A DNA stretch of 64,000 bases from Octopus sinensis (taxonomy: Eukaryota): contig NC_043008.1 of NCBI RefSeq assembly GCF_006345805.1, positions 45,508,001-45,572,000 of the forward strand, written 5' to 3'. The first letter of the stretch is position 1. Every line of letters begins with the position of its first letter. Position numbers and translations under genes: made by a program. Below are positions 54,830 through 64,000 of this stretch, in pieces. A model generated the notes under the pieces. It was not told the DNA's origin. It did no database searches and saw nothing but the letters and a program-made list of their open reading frames with translations.

Positions 54830-55752
54830 AATCCTTAAATCCTTAAAATGTTTTAGCCCGAAGGCCGCGGCCATGCTGGGGCACCCCCGCTGAATGAAGC
54901 TACACTAGTTTGTGAATCCACCTCTGATACGTGGCACTTGATCACAATGGAGTTCGATGCTGCTGCCCGCATCCGCGTCTCCTGTCGTGAGGTAGGTTCA
55001 TCTGGGACTCCCAACAAAAAGAGATCCAGTTTAGTTTTAAAGATACCCACATCCACACCATGTAAGTCTCTCAGGCATTTAGGGAGGATGTTAAAGAGCT
55101 GTGGTCCTCTGAAACCCAAGCTGTTGCAGTATCTGGACCTGTATTTTGATGGTGATGTTGGAATCCTTGGCACCACGCAGCGGCGCCCCGTTCTGCGGTT
55201 GGAGTAACTTTAAATGCCAAAGTTTGGGACAAGACCCTCCAGGATTTTCCAGATGTATATCACTGCATATCTCTCCCGCCTCTGCTCTAGGGAGAAGAGG
55301 CTTAATACCTTCAGTCTTTCCCAGTAGCTGATATTTTGCATTGAGATGATTTTCTTCGTGTAGCTTCTCTGAATTGCTTCGAGTTCTGCTGTTTGTCTTA
55401 TATTGTGTGGTGACCAAAGTTGGGAGCAGTAGTCCAAGCGGCTGAGGACAAATGTTTTCCATAGGACCATCAGTGTCTCCTTCTCTCTTGTTCTGAAAGT
55501 TCGGAGAATCCATCCAGCTAGCCGTCTGCATTTTATCACCAGATTAGCAATATGCATTTGGAAAGATGCATCATTGCTGATATCAATGCCCAGGTCACGC
55601 ACTGATTTTGACTCAAGGATTGCAATTCTTCCTGGGCCAGTGTATCCAGTCTTCACGTCATTTACCTTTGTGTGCCAATAGCGCAGGGCCTGGAACTTAC
55701 ATGCATTAAACTGCATGTTGTTGTCCTCAGCCCACCTGTATATTGTGTCCAG

Positions 55753-55757
<5 letters not shown>
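54830..55757 (-). mobile_element. LINE family B, 5'-truncated
   Basis: ORFs 55210-55716 and 54853-55176. Tail (AAGGATTT)n, with (TA)n on both sides. Confidence 0.92.
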
Positions 55758-55798
<41 letters not shown>

Positions 55799-55833
55799 TA
55801 TATTATATATATATAATATATATATATATATTA

Positions 55834-55884
<51 letters not shown>

Positions 55885-55949
55885 TATAATATATATATAT
55901 ATATTATATATATACACATATATATATATATATATACATATATATAGAT

Positions 55950-57541
55950 GAGAAAGTTGGTTTGTGAAAGAACGTGGTTGAATATATAGAAAATAGTAAA
56001 AAGTGAAAAGACTACAGAAGGCTTGTTTTAAAAGGTTAAAAAATATATAATTTATTCAATACGTCTGAAGAATATTATAAAATTTTTCCTACAAAGACGT
56101 AGTTTAGAAGAAATGACCGGTTTCGCGTTTAGCTTTTCAAATTCTTACGTCGTTATGTTTATGTTGAGAAGAGTTGTCGTTATGTTTATTTTGAAGAGAG
56201 TTCTAGATAAGGGGAGGTAATAAGTGATTTCTTCCGGTGTAAGGGAGATAATCGCTTAAAATGTTTTGCCTTTCCTTTGGGGTGAATTTCTCTGTATAAG
56301 TATGTTGGAATGGTTAAGTCTGGGCTTGTACTTTTCAATGAAGTATGTTTCCTTGTTTAGTCTAATTTGTGTTGGTGTTCCGATAGCGCATTGGTAAAAT
56401 GGAAAGATTAAAATTTGTGGTAGTAGTTGCTTTGCGCATTTCTCAATGTGCTCACTAAAAGGTATCATTCTGCATTCTGGGAATGCAATCTGTTATCGAT
56501 GCAATGTGCCTCTACGTCTGAGTGAAAGTCCCGTGGATCCCACGTAGTCTTGGTGGCAGCCGGAGCATTTTATGACATAAATTATGTTTTCAGAGGCATA
56601 AGTAAAATTAGATTTGATCTTGAATTTCTGTCCCTCTTTGAAGAGGAATTCTGATCCTTCTAGCAGGTTTGGACATGTTGCACAGTTCGGTCTACCACAT
56701 TTTTTACTTTTGCATCCGTAATTTCAGAAATCAATTTTGCCTTTGTGAGAATCTTTTTAAGTGATTTAGGTTGTTTGTAGCTTTTAATGATTTGGTGTAT
56801 GTTTAGAATTTCCTTTAATTTTGGGTCCTTATGAAGTATTGGTAAATTCTGGGTGATGATGGTGAAGGCTTCTTTGTTTCTGGGGTTATATGTGGATATG
56901 TAAGGTAGTATTTTCTGGGAAGGTGTGTTGTTGTGTTGAACTTTTCTTAAAGTTTCTATGTTGATTTCTGTTGCACGTCTGATCCCATCCTCTATGAGTT
57001 GAGCTGGGTAATGTCTGTCAAAAAGGGTGTTTTTGAGTTCTTGCAGTCTAAAGTTCCTGGTATTTTGTTCTGACACTATTGTGCATATCCTTCTTGCAAG
57101 GTTGAAGGGGATGTTTGTTTTAGTGTGTCTTGGGTGGCATGAATTAAAAAGAAGGTACTGTTTGGCGTCTGTGGCTTTGTAAAAAATGTCTGTTTCTATT
57201 TTAAGGTTAATTTTTTAAATTAGTATATCCAAGAATGGGAGCTCCTTTTGGTTGTATTCCATTGTGAACTGTATATTTGGGTTTATGCTGTTCAATAGGT
57301 TTTTAAATTTTAGGAGTTTATCTGTGTTTTCGTTCCAGAGTATAAAACAATCGTCCAGGAATTGTTTCCAATTCTCTTTTATGTATTGAGAGAGGGGGTT
57401 TCCAAAGATTGATAAAGATTCCTGGTAAATGATTATTTCCAGGTAGCCCATTGTTAGGTTCGCAATGACTGGTGCTGCCCTTGTACCCATAGCAATTCCG
57501 GATTTTTTACGGTAAAATGTATTGTCAAACATGAAGTGGTT
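55950..57541 (-). mobile_element. Penelope-like element (third family), 5'-truncated, degenerate
   Basis: [67 protein letters not shown], and KETYFIEKYKPRLN. Confidence 0.92.
56107..56146 (-). ncRNA. Minimal hammerhead-like ribozyme with U3:A8 core in the PLE 3' repeat
   Basis: The - strand reads aagaat-TTGAAAA-gc taaac gc-GAAA-CCG-GTC-atttctt. Stem III is palindromic (ACCGGT) and the triplet is GUC. It lies about 110 bp downstream of the GIY-YIG ORF end. Confidence 0.7.
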
Positions 57542-57543
57542 AT

Positions 57544-57579
<36 letters not shown>

Positions 57580-57650
57580 CACACATATATATATATACAC
57601 ATATATATATATATACACACACACATATACACACATATATATATATACAC

Positions 57651-57684
<34 letters not shown>

Positions 57685-58134
57685 GTACATATATATATAT
57701 ACATACATATATATATACATATATATATATATACATACATATATATATATATAGATAGATATATGTACATATAAATATACATACATATATATACGTACAT
57801 ATATACATACATATATATACATACATACATATATATATACACATATATATATATACACACATATATATATATATATACACACACACATATATATACACAC
57901 ATATATATATATATATACACATATATATATATATACACATATATATATATACATATATATATATATGTACATATATATATATACATACATATATATATAC
58001 ATACAATATATATATACATACATATATATATATAGATAGATATATGTACATATATAAATATACATACATATATATACATACATATTATATATATATATAT
58101 ATATACAATATATATATATAGATATATGTACATA

Positions 58135-58189
<55 letters not shown>

Positions 58190-58307
58190 ACATACATATA
58201 TATATACATATATATACATACATATATATATACATACATATATATATATATACATATATATATACACACACACACATATATATATATTCACATATATAAT
58301 TAAATAC

Positions 58308-58338
<31 letters not shown>

Positions 58339-58619
58339 CATATATATACACACACATATGTATGTATACATACATATATATATATACATATATATACATA
58401 CATATATATATATATATACATACATATATATACATATATATATACATATCTATATATATATACATATCTATATATATACATATCTATATATATACATATA
58501 TATACATATATACATATATACATATATATATACATATATATATACATACATATATATACACACACACACATATATATATACGTATATATATATACATACA
58601 TATATATATATACATACAC

Positions 58620-58671
<52 letters not shown>

Positions 58672-58701
58672 ACATATATATATACACATTTATATATATA
58701 C

Positions 58702-58732
<31 letters not shown>

Positions 58733-58865
58733 CATATATGTATATATATACACACATATATATATATACATATATGTATATATATACATATATATATATA
58801 TGCATACATATATATATACATATATATATATGTATCTACACACAAACGTGCATATATATATATAT
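57541..58865. repeat. Compound (TA)n/(TACA)n microsatellite; similar tracts at 855-1225, 4270-4841, 32810-33775, 40661-41590 and many more
   Basis: Directly visible. These tracts account for the YI-repeat spurious ORFs. Confidence 0.97.
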
Positions 58866-59280
58866 GATTGTTTGTGTGTAGATAGATAGTAGATTGATAA
58901 ATAGGGAGATAGTGAGATTCGTGTCTATACGTGTGAAACGTGCCTATATATATATATAATGTGAATGTGTACACACGCTTTGTATTAGTTACTCGAAGAC
59001 TACAAATAGTCTGTTGCACTTGATGAAAATCGTGGCTTCCACATGGACTTTCCACTTGTTATATAATTCTTAACTACATAACTCGTACTCGCATCTTTAT
59101 CTCATTTGATACTTTAGAATCTGACGTTTTTTTTTCTCCCTTCCGCGTATCTTAAACACTTCAGATTTCGCATATACCTATCATATGAAACACATACAGT
59201 TCGTCTTATTTCTTTCTTATTCGTTATGTATTTTCCATCCCGTAACATTAATTAAGCAGAAGTATTCATATCTATCTATC

Positions 59281-59363
<83 letters not shown>

Positions 59364-60943
59364 GTTTGTCTGTCTGTCTGTCTGTCTCACTGTTTATCTA
59401 TATAGCTGTATGTAACTAATTTATCTCACTGTTTATCTTCTACCTATTCTAGCAGTCATCATCACACTCTTTCAGTCTGATATCAAACGTACCTGTCAAT
59501 TTTCCGAACTAATTACGCACACGCTTGCGCGCGCGTGCGTATCGATCCATTTTCTCTATTCCTATCCAAACATGTAACAATCGAGTTTTCTGTCTGTTTC
59601 GAAACATCTAACCATCGATCCATCCAACACCCATCCAACCAGACAGCCGGCCAGCCAGCCAGCCAGCAATCCCTTTATATAACTATCTCGCACTTCAGGC
59701 AACAACTATTTATTTTTTCCAACAACCCTCACACACTCCCTCCCTTCTTACTCACCATCCAGTAATACCTACCTCTCTATCCATCTATATATCTAACACT
59801 ATCTCTCCAATTCTATATACATCAATATCACACACACACACACACCCACTTCGCCTCACACCACTCTCTACAGCTGATACATTTAACATCAATCCTGTCT
59901 GTATATTCTATCTATTAATCAATCTATCTCTTCATAACCACTTGTTCATTCAGCCGCCTTTTCTCTCTTCTCCTTTCTTCTTTCCATCTTTCTCTTACCT
60001 TTTCCTGCCTTTTCCTCTTTCTTTCTTTCTTTTTTACTTGTCTATTTTTTGTGTTTGTTTTGTTTTCATTCCTTGCTTCTATTTTTTTCTTTCTGCACCG
60101 CAGTACATTTACTTCTACAATTCATTCATGCTTTCACTCATCTCTTTCTCTCTCTATCATCATCAGCAGCAGCAGCAGCCCCACCCATCCATCTACACAA
60201 CAACCCTCACCTAATCCACCCCCTATTTCTTTCTGTCTGCCTGTCTGTCCGCGTCTAGTTGTCTGTCGCTCTGTCAGTCTTCTTCCACACATGTTTATCT
60301 TATAAATGTTAATCATAGAAAATGCTTAAAGATTAAAGTAGCGGAAACAGCGAGGGTTGCAGCATATTTTTCTCTCTTTCACATTGGTTCATCTCTGCTT
60401 CCCCTGCAACACGCGCGCGCACAAACACACACATACATACACACACACACGCGAGCATACATACACATCTTACTCTCCAGCTCGCTCTCTCTCTCTTCTT
60501 TCTTTCATTCTCTCCGGTTTTTGTAAGTATCTGGAATGCTGGTGGATTAAAAAAACATCACCAAGATAAAAATTTAAACTATATATATGTATGATTGTGA
60601 ACAGAAGGCCAGCAAAAATGCATAAATCGAAATGAGAGACAGTATGCACGGACGGAGAGCGCAGGAGCAGCGGCAATAGCAACAAAAACAACAAAAATCT
60701 AAAATTGACAAGTGATAAATTATAGATTTAGTGATTAAACAACAACAACAACACTTCATAAAAAACATGATTTCTACTAACAACAATAATTGCTACTACA
60801 CTTGAGAGCTTATTATGTATAGAAAAAATAATATTTTATTACAATATCATAAGAAAGTATTTCGAGAGATTTAATAGATGTGAAAGCATCGAAAATACGA
60901 ACAAAATCCAAAACCACCACTGCTACTACCACTTCCACTTTCT

Positions 60944-60982
<39 letters not shown>

Positions 60983-61342
60983 AGCAGCTTCCTGCAGCAG
61001 CAATAACAACAACAATAGCTATAACAATATATGAATAAGCACAAGATGAAAAGTAGCGAAACCAGCAACATCAACACGAACCGAAACGGCTAGATGAGCA
61101 ATAACAACAAGAGTGCAGCAGTAACCACAGCGCCGTGCGTGGTAATTGAATTGAATATTATCAGTTATCAAGGCAATAAATACAAACCTAATAATAATAA
61201 TAATAACATCAACACTAACGACAAAAGTACGGCAAAACATTCAAAGGCATTCGCGCCGACTCGAAGATAACAATAAAACAAGAACAACAACAACGATTAA
61301 GTGATAGAAGGAAGGAGTAAATCGGGCACATTGACTTTTAGG

Positions 61343-61460
61343 ATGAGGCTGTGGCGCTATCTTTGGAATGGAATCACACGATCAAAAACTGTGGACACTT
61401 CTACGATTTACGAAACACACCTTAAACGGTCACTTAACGTTGTTGACCTTTTAGGTCTAG
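61343..61460 (+). CDS. First coding exon of a cationic amino acid transporter (SLC7A/CAT family, SLC7A4/SLC7A14-like)
   Basis: Encodes [39 protein letters not shown](G), matching the CAT N-terminal pattern R.K....ET.L.R.L...DL..LGvG. It ends at a perfect donor AG|GTAAGT (61461, phase 1). Confidence 0.78.
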
Positions 61461-61522
61461 GTAAGTGGTTTCATATATACGTATACATACATATATATAT
61501 ATATATATAAATATATATATAT

Positions 61523-61615
<93 letters not shown>

Positions 61616-61975
61616 CATATGTGCATGCACACTTATATGTTTTACACACACACATATGCGTACAAACATACATATATGGATACACTCGACAGAATGCATG
61701 CGTATACGATATACATATAAAAATGAACACACAAATTTATATATAGTGATCTACATCCACATATACACTCAACTTTCTGCATACAGCTGTACGATTGCGA
61801 CTTGGTCAACGCTGGCGCTATATTATTCCTATTCCTACTTCAGAAAGAAAATCACAATTCGAGAGAGATTTCAAAAAAAAAAGACCCCAAAACATTCCCA
61901 TCTTTAATTATGTTATTTCTATTTTTTAACGTAATCTAAACGCACGTATTCATGTGAGTGCGTGTGCATATATAT

Positions 61976-62035
<60 letters not shown>

Positions 62036-62247
62036 TATATATATGTATATATATATGTATATATCTATATATATATAGGTATATATATATATAGGTATAT
62101 ATATATATATATAATATATGTATATATATATATGTGTATATATATAGGTATATATATAATATATATATATTGTATATATATATGTGTATATATATGTATA
62201 TATATATATTGTATATATATGTATATATATATGTGTATATATATATA

Positions 62248-62294
<47 letters not shown>

Positions 62295-62311
62295 ATATAT
62301 ATATATATACT

Positions 62312-62345
<34 letters not shown>

Positions 62346-62793
62346 TGTATGCATGCATGTATGTATGTCAGCGTACACGCGTAGTGTTTTGCATAGTTTC
62401 AAACTACGAAATCCCATTCGCATTATAGTTAAATAATGTGATAATTATAATGAGACACCGAAGTTATAGCAGAAGACAATTGCAGAAGGTGCCGTATAAT
62501 CGTATCGAACTCAAACCAGCAGTGTCATGAAATGAACACGTTAATCGCATGCACGCGCGCCTCTGTATACACACACACACACACACACACCTTTGAATAT
62601 GCATATATATGATTATATGTACTGCATACAAACACATAAAGATGTGTGTATGTGCGTGAGTGTGTGAATGTGTAGGCTATTGTCATAGCTTATGTAACGT
62701 TTGTGTGTTTGGACAGTTTAATGAACAGAAATTGTTGCCGTCTAACCGTTTCCCTCTTGTTTATAATTATCAAACTTATTTTCATCATCATCA

Positions 62794-62796
<3 letters not shown>

Positions 62797-62888
<92 letters not shown>

Positions 62889-63940
62889 ATTATTATTATT
62901 ATTAATAATATTATTATTATTTATGAGGCGGCGAGCTGGCAGAATCGTTAGCACGCCGGGAAAAATGGTTAGTATTTCTTCTGTCGTTACGTTCTGAGTT
63001 CAAATTCCGCCGAGGTCAACTTTGCCTTTCATCCTTTCGGGGTCGATTAAATAAGTACCAGTTACGCACTGGGGTCGATGTAATTGACTTATCCGCTTGT
63101 CTCTCCTTGTTTGTCCTCTCTGTGTTTAGCCCCTTGTGGGTGGTAAAGAAATAGGTATTTCTTCTGCCGCTACGTTCTGAGTTCAAATTTCGCCGAGTTC
63201 GTCTTTGCCTTTTATCCTTTCAGGGTCGATTAAATAAGTAACAGTTGCGTACTGGGGTTGATGTAATCTACTTCGTCCCTTTCTCCAAATTTGATGCCTT
63301 GATTCCAATAGAAAGGATTATTATTCAGGCGGAGAACTGGCAGAGTCGTTAGTATGTTGGGCGAAATGCTTAGCGGTATTTCGTCTGTTGCTCCGTTACG
63401 AGTTCAAATTCCCCCAAGGACGACTTTGCTTTTCATCCTTTCGGGGTCGATGAATTAAATGCCACCTGAGTATTAGGGTCGATCAAATCGACTTAGCCCT
63501 CCCCCCAAATTTAAGGCCTTGTGCCTTTAGTAGAAAGGATTATCATTAATACCGTTCTACGTTCCGTGTTCAAATTGCGCAGAGGTCGACTTTGCATTTC
63601 ATCCTTTCTGGGTCAATAAATAAGAACCACTAGAGTTGATGTAATCGACTTATCGTCTTCTCCAAAATTTCTGCCTCTGTGGCAAAATTTAAAACCATTA
63701 TTATTTTTATTATTGAGCCGGCGAGCTGGCAGATCGTTAACACGCCGAACAAAATGCTTAGCGGCATTTCTTCCGATTCATTACGTTCTGAATTCAAATT
63801 CTCTCAGGGTCGACTTTGCCTGCAGTTCCCTCGGGGTCGATAAAATGAGTACCATTTGAGCATGTTGAGTTGGGTCGATAAATCGACGAGTTTCTTTTTC
63901 TCAAAATTCAGGCCTTGCGCCAATAGTAGAAAGGATTATT
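62797..63940 (+). mobile_element. (ATT)n tract followed by a tandem array of ~5 full/partial SINE units (same family as 17205-17930)
   Basis: Units start near 62926, 63153 (partial), 63328, 63555 (partial) and 63715. Each carries gagttcaaatt and gcctttcatcctttcggggtcga, and most end aaaggattatt. Confidence 0.85.
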
Positions 63941-64000
63941 GTTTGTGGTGGTAGTGTTTAAAATAATTAGAGAAGCAAGAATTGGATCAACAGTTTGTCA

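Noticed and set aside
62926-63940. CRISPR-like repeat array
   Set aside because: Units are ~200-bp diverged SINEs without unique spacers, in eukaryotic context with no cas genes.

Overview
Eukaryotic, very AT-rich and repeat-saturated DNA. The SINE, LINE and microsatellite content looks like an octopus (coleoid cephalopod) genome; this is an inference. Most of the window is a graveyard of retroelements sitting in (TA)n microsatellite: at least four families of CR1/L2-group non-LTR retrotransposons (APE+RT), several Penelope-like elements (RT + GIY-YIG), tRNA-derived SINEs and one Chapaev3-like DNA transposon remnant. There is a 100-N scaffold gap at 52195-52294. One credible host-gene piece was found: the first coding exon of a cationic amino acid transporter (SLC7A/CAT family) at 61343-61460 (+). 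The most interesting signals are RNA structures. (1) Several different hammerhead-ribozyme folds lie in Penelope-derived terminal repeats: one canonical, two with the U3:A8 compensatory core, and others with U4C or A6U cores, including a divergent inverted pair. (2) A covarying double-hairpin + AAAC 3' module is shared by three LINE families and a SINE. (3) The elements show strong microsatellite association and fold-back (palindromic) insertions. All coordinates were read by eye, and element boundaries are approximate.
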